DNA from: Eledone cirrhosa
Taxonomy: Eukaryota
Assembly: GCA_964016885.1 (NCBI GenBank)
Contig: OZ024746.1
Coordinates: forward strand, 14,446,001-14,510,000
Direction: 5' to 3'
DNA: 64,000 nt
The translations under genes and the position numbers were made by a program. A model generated the notes under the pieces. The model ran no database searches. It was not told where the DNA came from and was given only the letters and a program-made list of their open reading frames with translations. Positions 40,958 through 55,400 of the stretch are shown here, piece by piece. Position 1 is the stretch's first letter, and the number at the start of each line of letters is the position of its first letter.

Positions 40958-41370
40958 TGGTGGCTGCCAACTCGTTTTCAAGTACGGCCACTACTTTATA
41001 TGCATGTAGGAGAACCCCTACCGATGCGCTGAACGAGTGTGACTTTTTAGTCCAGCCTGTGACTTGAAAACTCTGGTACAAACACTACACTTGTGACAAT
41101 TATTGACACATAGTGCGGGCCCATGGTACCATGTGACGACAAGTGCAGAGAAATCTCCAGATATAAAGCAATGCCTGTGCTGTGAAGCTTTTATAGTGAG
41201 CAAAGGCACTGCACAAAACCAGTCCCACTCTCTTAACCAAGATGATATTTACCAAAAAGAAGAACAAGTCAACATCATTGGATACCATCAGGGTTGCAGG
41301 TGTTATATCAGAGTTTTCCTTCTCCTAGAATTCTGCCTTGACAAAGGCTAAGGGGTCATCTCTCCCGGAG
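40958..41370 (-). mobile_element. RTE-like LINE 3' fragment with C-terminal C2H2 finger
   Basis: [22 protein letters not shown] followed by a short 3' UTR ending in microsatellite. Both ends are embedded in microsatellites. Second copy at ~29.9 kb. Confidence 0.7.
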
Positions 41371-42901
41371 ATACATGCATACATACATACATACATACAT
41401 ACATACATACATACATACATACATACATACATACATACATACATACATACATACATACATACAAAGAAACATACAAGTTCATATATCATACTATATTACA
41501 TTCTTGACACTCTATACTTTTAGAAAAACTAAATATATTACAACCACTATAATAATCATTGAAAATAGATTAGAAAGATAACTGGTAGTAATTATGTAGA
41601 TTATGCAGAATTTTGAAACAAAATCTGGTTTCAAATTTGAATTTTTATTTTGGGTTCTATATTTGATTGTCTTCAAGAATCTCGACCTGATCCATCATCT
41701 CGATAGCTTGGATACAATAATTTCGAGTAAATCAATATTCATGGACAAACTGAAAACTACCAAATTTCTTCTAAACCAAATTAATATAGTAAATTCATGT
41801 GATTGTATTTATTTTTAGTGTTAATAAACTCGTAAAAAATGTAGTTGTTGCAAATATATATATATATACATATTGGCCTCTGACCAGTATTGCTGACTAG
41901 AAGATGGTAGAGTGGTCTGTTGCTGTGATGCCGGAGACATGAATAGCTAAGGGCGTGCTGACATGAAAGAAACTGATTTAATAGAATCCCTGCATGATGT
42001 ATTAGACAGAGGAGATTAGTCCTCACGTAGATAGAATATGTTTAGCTTTGTCTTATTAGAGCACCTTATGAGCAATGATCCAGCTAGTGTTTCCCTGTAA
42101 GTAAGCTCTTTAAGCTGTCAGAGGACCGGGTAATAAGGTTAAACACAAAGTTTCTGGTATAATGAGCTCCAATAAAGGCCCCATGGATCCAGCTCTAATT
42201 ACATCCAATGGCTACACTAACAACTTCCATCTTGCTACTAATATCTAGTAACATGCAACTATGGGTAACATTGTTCACTTAGTGAAACAGCTTTGAGAGA
42301 AACCCTTCAGATGAAAGTATTGCTCAGTTACCTCACTTGCTCTGGTGGCTGTTCGTTATTTTCCCCATAGATGCTGTTACTGCTTGGTGCCGGAAAGTGG
42401 CTAAAACAATACTCCTCTACCTGAAAAATCATCTTGCAGGGTTCCTCTCCTGTTGTCTATTCATCGTCAGCTACTGTCTCCAAACTTTCAGGTCCTTCAG
42501 TGAGGGTTGAGTGGCGTCGGAGACAAGAAGGCGGTAGTCCTAAGACCCTCAAGCCACATTCTCCACACGTGGCAATTTGTGTGTGATGATAATTTTGGCG
42601 TTGACCGGAGCAGCAGCTAAGTTCGTTTACTGTCCAAACAACGAGACAGCCTTCACTAGGGATAGCACTGCTTTCTATCGCTGTAAAGGTGAATATAAAT
42701 AAACGTTTTCCTAAAGAAAACTTGTTCTATGCCTAACATATTTGTTAAGCACGGTGGGTTATGCATCCAATCAAATAGAAAACCACTAGAGCATGTGTTT
42801 TTATTAGTAGTATGATCCTCACAAAATGTAACACTCCCTGTTTCAACACACAATTTCATATCAAAATCTTGCAAAACAAATACATAAACAAACTACATAT
42901 G

Positions 42902-42986
<85 letters not shown>

Positions 42987-42998
42987 GGTATCAATATA

Positions 42999-43039
<41 letters not shown>

Positions 43040-44076
43040 TACTGCTAACGTTCATAAAAGGTTTCACTGTACTAAAGAAATTTCTTGGATACAAAACAGA
43101 TAAATGTTGATTTTTGCTCTCACTCTCCCTCCCTCTACCCTCTCTCTCTCACTCTTTCAATCTATGTGTCTGTCCATCACTTCCCCTCTCTCCTTCTCTT
43201 TTTGTCATTTTATTCATTTCGTAACAATTTATGTTCAATGTGTATCTTTCTCTTCGGCATATTTCAAATAGATGAGTTACATATTACTTCCTTCTATGAA
43301 CAGATACATATATATTTGATTTCTTTCGAATTTTCATATTTTCTTGATAACGTAAAAATCTGCATTCATCCATATATTCCTATAACAATTTTATTATTTT
43401 TACCCTACGTTTTGTTGATCTATTTTGATGTAACAGGTATTTTTGTATTGCTCATTGTATGCGCTCGGTTTTCATATTTCCATTATCTTCAGTCAACATA
43501 TATTCTTCACTTTGCTGTTCTATTTGATGTTGTCGTCGTTACAACTGCCACATCTGTTTTCACAACATTCATTGTTGTTCTTAATATTGTTCGCGGTTGT
43601 TTATGAAATATTGATTAGTCTTCTTAACGTGAAATAAATGTAAATTCCTATTTCCTTTGGAAGTTTATGTTATAGATTTGATATTTATCCGATATATATT
43701 TCACTGAAATAAATAGTTTAGTTTTATTTATTTCGTCTATTTCTCTCTTTTTGGGGAAATTTGTTTATCAAATTCAGCTGTTTTTTGTTTGTTTTGTTTT
43801 GATTTGTTTTGTTTTGTTTTTGTTTTACTTTCATAAAAGGTTTTATTTCGGAATAGTTTAGCAGTAAACATATAATTTCTCTAACATATATTCTACGGAG
43901 AAAGAAACTTGCTTTAAGTAGATATCGATTGGTAATATATGAATTTAGTCGAAACAAAATCTTGGTTCAACTTTATAGGTTTGTTAGGTATTTCAGACAC
44001 AAAAATGTTACACAAAAATACACATGATAAATATCTTTATACAATCACTATACAATCACTAACACACACACGCACG

Positions 44077-44196
<120 letters not shown>

Positions 44197-44299
44197 CGCG
44201 TGTATGTGTGTGTGTGTGTGTGTGTGTTTGAATATGTATGTGTGTGTATACATTCTGTATACATTTATATATAGATTATATAAATACACATATTTTGTC

Positions 44300-44868
44300 A
44301 CATCCTCCAACTCAACTCATATTAAACATGACACTCTTCCCTCAAATCTTCCATCTCTTGCCTCTTTACAACTGTGACCATGCTCAACAACAACGGCACT
44401 CGATGTCGTTAAAACCAAACCATGCTCGCTGGCATCTAACAGTCAACCACTCCTCTCACTTTACTACAACATCACCACCGATCACTTTTTGAATCCTCTC
44501 TTCTACGAACCCCCTCCCTTCCTGTGAGTCTTCAGATTCCTCTCATTCGAGCCTCTCATCTTTTCTCAATCCACCTCTCACTTCTTTAAGTGTGTCGGCA
44601 ACCTACATTACCTACAGATTCATTTGTTTCTTCAACATCTCTTCGACCTAACCTGGATCGCTCCCACACACCCCGCCCCACTGCTATACCTATCAATTTC
44701 TCCCCCCAATACATGCATACTCACCAAACGCAACTAACAATATTTCTACTTCATTGACACGTTCATCTGCATATCATCTACTGCTTTATGTTCTCCCACT
44801 GTAACTCAGTTTATGGGAGAAACTGACCGGTATCTAGCTGACCGATTCACGAAACATGACAGAGATGA
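44300..44868 (+). mobile_element. Decayed Penelope-like element (linker and GIY-YIG endonuclease remnant)
   Basis: IDTFICISS and MGETDRYLADRFTKHDRD (44813-44866) resemble the PLE motif YIGETxRxLxxRFxEHxRD. The C-rich strand bias fits. Confidence 0.7.
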
Positions 44869-46304
44869 GTGCTGTATGATAGTTAATGATAGATGTGTAA
44901 TAGAAATGGCATAAAAGTAGTGAAAGTGATTGCGAATTACACACACTCGGAAACTGAAGAATTTCTGCAAGGTTAATATATTTCGATATACAGTATGTAT
45001 TCGCTGAAGATAACAGAAAATGATGACAATATGAACAAATACATATTTTGTTTCTTAAGGATGTATGCATTTTATGAGTTATATTTGTTAATTTCATTAT
45101 ACAGCTCAATGCAATGTTATTATATAAAATATATTTTTCTTTTTTTTACCTTATTATATTATTTCAAAAGCAAAGACCAGTTTGGAATAATTAGGATAAT
45201 TGAAAAATTATGAATTTTGTGGATAAATATCCTTATGCTATAAATGTTACAGATTGAACAGAGTGATAATCATAAAACATTTGTAGTTTTTTCCCTGTGT
45301 ATGAAAGATTAGCTTTATTAAATACTTCAATTACTAGAACCTATCGACAATTTGAATTTCATTCGGAACAAGCAGGTTGATTACAACGAAACTTTCATTG
45401 GTAAGAGGCAGATTGATCACAATGGAAATTTCATGCTTAATAAGCAAGTTATTGCAACGTAAATTCACTTTAAGAATAAATACTTTCATAGAATTATTTT
45501 TTCTAAATTGATTTCCCTTTAAAATATAATTAATTCTGAAATATAGTTTATATATCAAAGATTGCATTTGTTCCCCCACAGCTTCCTCACATCCAATCCA
45601 CTTTACATTTTGTCAATAGAATTCTAGTTTGTTGATGCACACATTGAATTAGACGTTGGAACAATAAATGTGACACTTAGATATTAATAAATCTTCAAAC
45701 AGAATTATCTATATGTATCAATGCATAGAATATGCATATTAACACGCAGCACATATTTAAATAGGAAACAAAGACTTGAGAATGTTCATGTGTATTTAAT
45801 CATTATTAGAAGGGAAATCTGTATCTGTTTAAAAGTTTAAGAATATCTGAAGAATTCTGTTGATATTGATTATATGTCTTGAAAGATATGTATTAAAACC
45901 ATTAATATTATTTTATTACAAATATTTATTTCCTAAAGCCAACTCAATCTGCCGCTAAAACTTATTATAGGCTGTGTTGCAAGAATTCAACATATCCTTA
46001 CTTAAAAACTAAAAATGTAAATAAATTAACCAATTAAATTCTCCTTGTTTCCTTATATTTTGATGATTAATTTCTGTGGTTAACTTCCACAAGAATCCAG
46101 TTCTTTTTAAATCTTCAAATGACCGACTCCCGTCCGATCGGAAAGAAAGGTGATGTTTCTGATAGAATATAAAGTCCGCATAGTCAACATCTCCAACACT
46201 AAAGCAAATTTGACAATCATCATAACTTTTAATGTGAAATTATAAATACACACACATACATACTATACACACACATATATATACATATATATATACATAC
46301 ATAT

Positions 46305-46411
<107 letters not shown>

Positions 46412-46598
46412 GATAAATCTACCAAAAGTTTACGGTAGTGTCCAATCCGTATGAAGAACTCAATGTAATCCGGATATCATGAAAAGAGAAGATGCATTCA
46501 AAAACTACTTTCGGTGAAAAATAAACGGAAAACAGAGTCAAGATAAATTAATAAAATAATGAATAAACAAAGAAACAGTTCCTTATATTAAAAAAATT

Positions 46599-46637
<39 letters not shown>

Positions 46638-47124
46638 TATCCAGTGTATAAAAATAGAGGTGTGACGTTTGAAGGAAATTTTGCAATTAGTTCTAACACA
46701 GTGATTGCATAGAGTTTCCATTGTTAGATTGTATGTGTATGTACTTATCATAAAACATTATAGATCATTTCGGAGAGTTAGCGTTCACGTGTAGCAAGTG
46801 TAAAGGATTTTAGCACTTATTAGTCCTGATTATGAATATGCAACAATATTTTTTAAGTATTGATTTTATATTGCTACTGTTAGTGAAAATACGTTGTTAC
46901 TAGTTTTTTTTTTTATAGGAAGTAGCGATTAGTATATATATTACGTGTGAATTATGTCTGTGAGAGAAGGATTAAGTAGAAATAAAGAATATTGGCATTT
47001 TAAAGAAGGCAGATAAAGAGTGTGAGATCTAACCGAACATCATAGTAAACAGTGTGTAGGATGGAATGATTGGATAGGAAACTTACAATCAAAATATTGA
47101 TCCCATTACATTATTTAACCTAAT

Positions 47125-47305
47125 ATCAGTCCCTTTACGTTCTGAGTTCAAATCCCACCGAGCTTAGCTTTGCTTTTCATCCTTAAGGAGTCGGTAAAAT
47201 AAAGTACCAGTAACACGCACTGGATGCGATTTACTCGTATTTACCACCACCACCACCCCACCCCCGCCCCAAATTGCTGGCATTGTGCCTAAATCAGAAA
47301 CTATT
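47125..47305 (+). mobile_element. 5'-truncated SINE family A, long variant
   Basis: B box and core, a C-rich insert and the 3' end. Confidence 0.85.
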
Positions 47306-47559
47306 ATTTAACATAATATTGTATACAATCAGCTGTAATTCTGATTAGCTATGTTGGCTGTCTGTATAAATATCCATCGCTTATAATATCGAGTTATCGT
47401 TTTATGAAATAAACAAAGGAAAAAAATCGATAATATAATCTTAGATACATGGCTAGCCTACAAAACATCAACAACACACCACTTCAGTAGTCAGTTGAAA
47501 GATGTTCAGTATGATTAAATGTCATAGAGTGAAAAACAATATGGCCTAAAATGACAATT

Positions 47560-49730
47560 TCACTGGAGAACTAAAATAAATTTTCTCTATCACAAAAAGG
47601 AATATATTTATAGTATTTTTGTGCTGAATTTTTAAGGATTGAAAAGATATATTTATAGTTTGAAAAGTAGCTCGGTTTGACTTTTTATCTGTACTTCGCC
47701 TCGGGCATGCCCATGATAGAAATGCCTTGATAAAAATGTTTACAATGCCCATTGCCTGTTGCATTGAGGTTCCTCTGAAAATAGCCAAATCTAAGAACTG
47801 AATCTTGCATCCCATTGCTTCGTAAGGTTACCTATTATTTATAAGTAGTGCTTTCATCCAGTTTATTTCCGAGAAATTTTGTAGACAATTTCGGGACTTT
47901 ATCAAGCAGTTTTCTCATTATTATTCAACTCTTCTAAAGGCGGTGGATTGGCAGTATCGGTAGAAGGTCGGACGCTATGCTTTCCAGCATAGTTACGTCC
48001 CTTTACGATCTGAGTTCAAATCCCGCCGAGATTGACTTTGCCTTTCATCCTTACGAGGTCGATAAAATAAAGTACCAGTAATGCACTGGGTAATTGCTGG
48101 CCTTGTGCCAAAAGTAGAAACAATTATTCAACTCTTCTAGAAATTTCTCATCTCTTAACAAATCTGGGAGCTTATACAAATGCTCCTTCTTTAATCTTAA
48201 CATCACTGATCGAGGAAAACGCATCTCTCAACTATTTGAATCCATCTCTTTAACAAAGTTTTTCATAAGTCCAAGCTTGGCGTGAAAAGGGGGAAGAAAT
48301 ACTGTCTCGGGATCAACAAGTGAACCGTTGAAAACTTTTCTCTTGTCTAGAGTAGATGAGGTGTCTCATGACTAATTCTTCTAGACGTAGTTATTCTGCG
48401 CCTGTCTTAACGCTAAAAAAAAACTACAATATTTCACTTATATTTCTAAAATGAAATTTTGCTAACAGAAACTTCTTGTTTTCCTGTGACTCTTTCATGT
48501 TTGTAACACGTGCAATAGATAAAGAAATGTATTTCTGATGTACAGAAGATCAACATTTGAGCTAACTTTTGAGGAATCAATGAACAATCACCACACAACC
48601 ACGTTATGTTCATAACTAAAAGCTCTATAACTGAATTAGCACCATTACAAAGCACAAATCCATCTTCTTCATCGCGGCTGCAGAAACTCAAACTTTAATA
48701 TCAGGTTGCAGTAGGCTCCAGCCATATAATCTTTAATCTAAACCCCCATGCTTTTCTTTTGTACATAAATTCAGATCACTAACTGAGTTATTCCTATCTC
48801 TTTGTGACATTAAATATTGTTCATTTGTGGTAGTTTAGAATGCTGGATCATTTATGTCTTTATATTATTTCCTCGTAATATACTCCAGCGTCGTTTGATT
48901 TCCCTCGCTTATAGTAGCATGTTTATGAGGATACAGTGCGGAAAGTTTAGCATTGCAGAGAGCTGATATCATTGCTGGTGGTAGATTAGGGTATTTTATT
49001 AAACTGTTTTATTTAATTGTATTTTGAACTCACAAGAATAAATAGATGTATTCTATGTGATCTTTTGATTTCTTCCAAATCATTGAAATAACTGATGACA
49101 TGTGGCGTGAACTGTTTAAACATTCTGTTAGTAGCCATACACATGTCAAATAAAAAAAGTGGGAAATCTAAATTTTATCCGGACCACTCACTTAATACCC
49201 AAAATAAAACTCATAGTTTTTTTTGGTTGTTTTTTACTAAGTTACGTTTCGAGGATTTTAAGGATAATTCACTCCATACATAACGAAGGTAATATGATGA
49301 TTCAGAGTCATAACAAAGCCTCTGATTGGACAGAACACCGGTGTAAACTCAACAAGTAGCAACTCATACTAGCTGTTAACATTGGTATTTACAAGCAGGT
49401 TGGCTTAGAACAGTCCTACACCATGACATTAGTCTCTTAAATATGTTTTAACCTGCACAGCCTGCCTCCCTGGTCGGAAGTATCTTATCAGTATTATCAG
49501 AGAGAAAGACATTTTACTAATTTTACGTAAAAATTAATACATATTTTAATATACAAATCTTTAATTTTAGATATATTAAATGATATAATATATTATTTTT
49601 TATCGGATGACTAAGCAAAATGAGAAAATTGAAAATAACGTCACAAAAAACGATGCTTGATAGGAAAAATCTGATTTCATAATTGCACTAAACAAAATAC
49701 TTGTGACAAAATCGATGTTATCCAAAGTTA
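47560..49730 (-). mobile_element. Decayed Chapaev3-like (CMC) DNA transposon; transposase pseudogene ~47690-49310
   Basis: Minus-strand peptides MIWKKSKDH, PNLPPA, *LFIDSSKVS, LVDPETVFLPPFHAKLGLMKNFVK and MGCKIQFL match motifs I associate with Chapaev3 transposases (WRLFIDSS, LPPLHIKLGLMKNFVKA). CACTG near 47561 is a possible terminus; boundaries approximate. Confidence 0.75.
47937..48122 (+). mobile_element. SINE family A with 17-bp TSD, nested in the Chapaev remnant
   Basis: Flanked by ATTATTCAACTCTTCTA at 47920-47936 and 48123-48139. Confidence 0.93.
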
Positions 49731-50957
49731 TTGGCAAGTATTTTGAATGTAATACATTTAGAAAATAATATCCACGTCGATATTTTATAAAATTCTCTAC
49801 TCTACATATAAACATGCATAAACGATAAAATATGAATTAATTAATATTTGTTTATACGAATTTTGGGTCATAAATTCTCTTTCGTCTAAAGAATGTTATT
49901 TCATTAAATATTGACACAGTTATTTCAATAAATATTGACAAAGTTTAAATTTAAAATGTTCTTTTAGTAAATCAATGCAATTAGTTCAAAAGCGCGCATG
50001 CACATATGTATCGTAAAATAAAACAACAAACACCTTTACACCTTTAGACTTTGATCTTCCGCACATGAAAGTGACACGTTTCAATAAAGCCTTTAGAATC
50101 GTCAAGGGAAATATTCCCTTGACGATTCTAAAGGCCTTTTAGATGTTATCGATGAGTAAATTTTACATAGTGATGGAATTTAAGCGTAGCCAAGTGATAA
50201 AGCAAAGATCTCTAATTTAGTTGAATTTTATTATTAGATGACTTTAAATATTATTTCTATGATCAGGATTAATTAAGACGGTAATAAAGTGAGTCTGACT
50301 TTGATCACTGAGATCTTATACTTAACTTTACAGATAATATGATTTTATTTATAAGAACATTAACGATATAACGCAATTTTCCTGAAGGTAGAGCCATGAA
50401 TAACAAAAGAAAAAGTAGATCCTTTCATTTATTTACGGCTTGGGTGAATAATAAACATACTGGTCATCTTCATATCCCTGTACGGTCAAATCTTTATGCT
50501 AAATAACTCTTTTGTTGATAAATATATTTGCCTTTTATTTGATGTACTTGTAGCATTTCATATTTAATTAATTTCATATGCTGAGTTTGTGTGCATGTGA
50601 GGTCTGATTACAGTTACTTCGCTTAATGACTTGGAGAGATAGAAAGATAAACGAAATATACTTTTCTATCTTGAAAAAAGTAAAACATTGTCTGATACTG
50701 GTTCGTTGATTGTTGATGAAATAATCATCGTATTTCTACCCAACAGATATATAATCATGAACAGAAATAGATATGAAAATATGGTACTTATATGTAGACC
50801 AGTAAGATTATATGTGTGTGCACGTGCGTGCGTATGTGTGTGTGCGTGTGTGTATGTGTGTGTGTGTGATTGTGTGTGTGTGTATATATATATATATTCT
50901 CATTCCATTTTAAAGCCTAACTTAACTAGCAACTACGCAGCCATCTTATTCTCCATG

Positions 50958-51631
<674 letters not shown>

Positions 51632-52214
51632 TATATTAATGCTTTCGAAAATATAATTGTAAAAGAATTTCCTTCAGTTTTGATAAATATTCAGTTATTC
51701 AATCAACTGTGCTAAATGTTCATTGAATTGTTGTATTGGTCGTTGAGTATTCCATAGATATGTCTGTTCATGGCGTAATCTTCAAATTCTGCTTATGAAG
51801 GTGAAACATTTCTAATCTATTGAACGCTGGTCAGGGTATAAGAACTAATGTAGTTTTATCTCAAATAGTAAGTGTTTCGCAAGTATAATCCTTTCCAGTA
51901 TTTTGTCATTCAACAAGAAACTTTGGGGTACATTTAGGGACTGATTTCCTTATGTAAGGCAACAACAGAATTAATAAAAATATAAAATACACATACATCT
52001 CTTGAAACTGCTTTCTTCTCTAGCTCTTTGCAATGTTCAACAAATGGTATTGATGGAGGTATTTGCGTTTCATTATGTTCGACTTTTATATCCCTGTCAC
52101 AAATAAATATGTCAACTTTGCCTGCGATCTCAAATCAACCATAAGTACGTCAGCGTTTTGTATTATTACTTTCCACACACACATACACGTATGTATATAC
52201 GCATATATGCATAC

Positions 52215-52327
<113 letters not shown>

Positions 52328-52427
52328 AAAGACGCAAAATTATAAAAATTAACTTACTAAGACAAAACCTATATATTTGTTAGCATAGGTATGCATCTGT
52401 ATATATATGTTGGTAGATATACTAATT

Positions 52428-52493
<66 letters not shown>

Positions 52494-55400
52494 GGTGGCA
52501 GAAACGATAGAAAAGAGCAATCAACACATAATGTCGGGGTTGGGAGCATTTATGTTAACAGCTTGACTTATTTCTGCATTATCTCTGGTTTTATAGACGT
52601 AAACACATCAAACGCTTATATATTGACATATTGATGTTCCTGTATAGGTTTATATCTTAAAACTCAGATTTATTGAGATATTTGAAGTAAAAGCAAAATC
52701 ATCGAAACCATAAACCATCTTATCGGGTTTGGGAAACACTGTTTTGGCAAACTTCATGTTACATTTAGTTTAGATGAATAATTTGTGTCAAACGTTAAAT
52801 GATAACCTCTCCTACTTACACGTGGCAAACTGTGGCTTATATGTAGTGGTATACATACATCTAATATGTACCTGTGCATAAACTTCAAGTAAAATAATAA
52901 TATCAAGTATATCAATGCCATTCCTGAAGGAAGTATTCTCCCTAATCTTACGCCTTACACATGATATTTTAAGAGAGATGATATAATCAGTGTGACATGT
53001 TTTACTCAACGGAGAAATGAACAAGAAAAATCTATAATTGAAACAATGCAATTTTAACTCGTCTGGAGCTTAAGTCTTTCTCTCAGTGTTTACTGTATTG
53101 TCTACATATTAATATGAAAATCAATTATTTAATAAACAGACAGATTTTATTCAATTTCATGTTAACATGATATGATGGAGTTGTTTGATACTTTTTTTTT
53201 GTGTGTTTAGGTACCTACATGTTTTACGGAGAAAAGGCAATGCAATATTTAATTTACCATCTAATTTCGTTTTATTTCTTTTCGTTTATATCTTTAGTTA
53301 ATTCAAAGCTGACTAAATGATAGAATATTTTTATAACCTTGGAGAATTGAGAAAAGTGCTAATCTAATTCCAATTTTTATAATCAAATAACTAAAACAAT
53401 TTATTTTTTTATTATTTTAATCTCAAAAGAATAAGAATCTATACAACAGATTATTGTGATTATTATTGAAAGATTGATTTTAGGATACATATTCATTGTT
53501 TCCTGTAAACTAGATTAAAACTGCTTTATATACAGGGCTTATCATTCTAAAGAAAGTTGCAGTTGACATACTTATGAAGAAGTAGTCTGCTTAAATCTGT
53601 GTCAATTGTTGGTATCCCTTCAACTGTGCGCTCTTGTTTATTCCACAATTACGCGGCAAATCATAACTGCATTAGATTACGATTCTCAATTCAAGACAAT
53701 AGAAGATATTGAGCTGTACTTCGAGGCCTGATGAGGAAGTTTGAAAATTTGAGGTGCAATTATATATGTTAAATCAATATTACGGATTTTCAGATGTAGT
53801 ATGTTTAAGAGAGGTTATGCTTAACCATTATTCACGAGAAAATAATGAGTAGGGTTGATTCCTTTCCATGCATGCCCTCATATGGCCGTGTGATTAATAG
53901 GTAAGTTACACTCCCCACCCAACCATTCAAATGACAACTCTTTACATTTTAGTGCTTACCTAATGTTCTGGAAAATATACACAAAAACATTAATAAATGC
54001 ATCTTTCGTCCCATGACTAACAAGATATTTTTTTCGAAAATTACTGTCAGGTAATCAGAGATAAACTCGATTAGCCTTGCTAAATTCTGCCACTTTTAAA
54101 TATCAATTAATAGAAATCACTTATATTTAAGTTCCATTAGTTTCACCTCTACTGTGTGCAAATAACAACACTCCTCACCAATCTCCATCGTGATACGTGA
54201 GCGCAATAATTATATGCGTAACCATATCTTGTGATTTTAGCACACTTTTGTTTTCCTTGAAATAAGCCCTACCTTTGAATATACTCGGTTAAATTTTCTC
54301 AACGAAAGGTTCGCTTCATATCATAATTTCTACCATGCCATTTTAACAATCTTTGAGTTTAGACACACTTGCCTACACACAGGTGGAGTTGCATCTGGCT
54401 CTACAATAGTGTCAAACATTTGTTGATTTTGAGCGAATTGTTGAAGCTTTTTATCATCCACTCTCTACCAGACTAGTACCACTGCAATCTTAACCAGAGT
54501 TCCTAGTTTTAGCCACACAAATCATTCTTCTCTTTCCAGTAAGGGCCAATATAAGGGTTACTGAATTGGGTTACTGATATTGCAATTTATTTCCAAACAA
54601 TACATTTATTATTAATTTTGCGAATAAGCAACTGATACTGTCGGGGTTTCAAATTAGTTCAGTTGGGCAGAAGTCTTGATTTATAGGAATAATATTGAAG
54701 GAGATATTCGTTTTCATTTCATCTTCATATCATCTAGTAGCTATAACCAAACGAGAAAAACTGCAATATTATCAAATGTGCCTCAAAAGCTTTCACTATT
54801 TTTTCTTTTTTTTTTTTTCAATAATTTCAATGTCTTCCACCTTTCCATTTCTGTATTTACTGCAGCATAATTTACTGCATAATGCTATAAAATCACACCC
54901 AAATATATTCATATATTAGAATTAATATGAATATTTATTCCAAACTGACAGTAATATAAAACAACTGTAAAAAAAATGTTCTAGAATCCATTACAGTTTG
55001 ATATAATTAGAAAGCCTGAAATTGAAATCGGTATTTTTTCATTCAGCTAGTTTCATTTGCATATATTTTTAAACATGATTTTTCGATTTCTCACTTCTGG
55101 CCAGCATGTTTGACATACCACCATTTTCCAATATAATCTATATTTGAATAAGCAGTTCCATTTCAGCTAACGTACATACCTATTTTCAGGAGAATATAAT
55201 TTTAGATATGTTTTGCCTGAAATGATTTGCGACGCTCATGACTGATACGACTTTTATCATAGATCTCTTCAATGAGATCTGCTCTGGAGCTAACCAACAT
55301 CAACAAGAATAATAATAACATACTGTACCCGAACTGTAGAAAATTTTATGCAGCCGATGGAATTACATCTATAGTAAATCCTGAAGCAGCATTTTAATGA

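Noticed and set aside
41018-41209. Host C2H2 zinc-finger gene exon
   Set aside because: A single finger within a duplicated, microsatellite-flanked fragment; better explained as a LINE ORF C-terminus.
43085-43606. 173-aa hydrophobic ORF
   Set aside because: T-rich low-complexity sequence with a non-ATG start and no recognisable motif.
53722-53758. CTGATGA...GAAA hammerhead candidate (likewise CTGATGA at ~17501 and ~29604)
   Set aside because: No supporting stems, so consistent with chance.
54330-54470. Possible host exon on the minus strand (RVDDKKLQQFAQNQQMFDTIVEP...)
   Set aside because: No recognisable homology and weak splice signals, so it cannot be supported. Small host exons elsewhere in the window cannot be excluded by eye.
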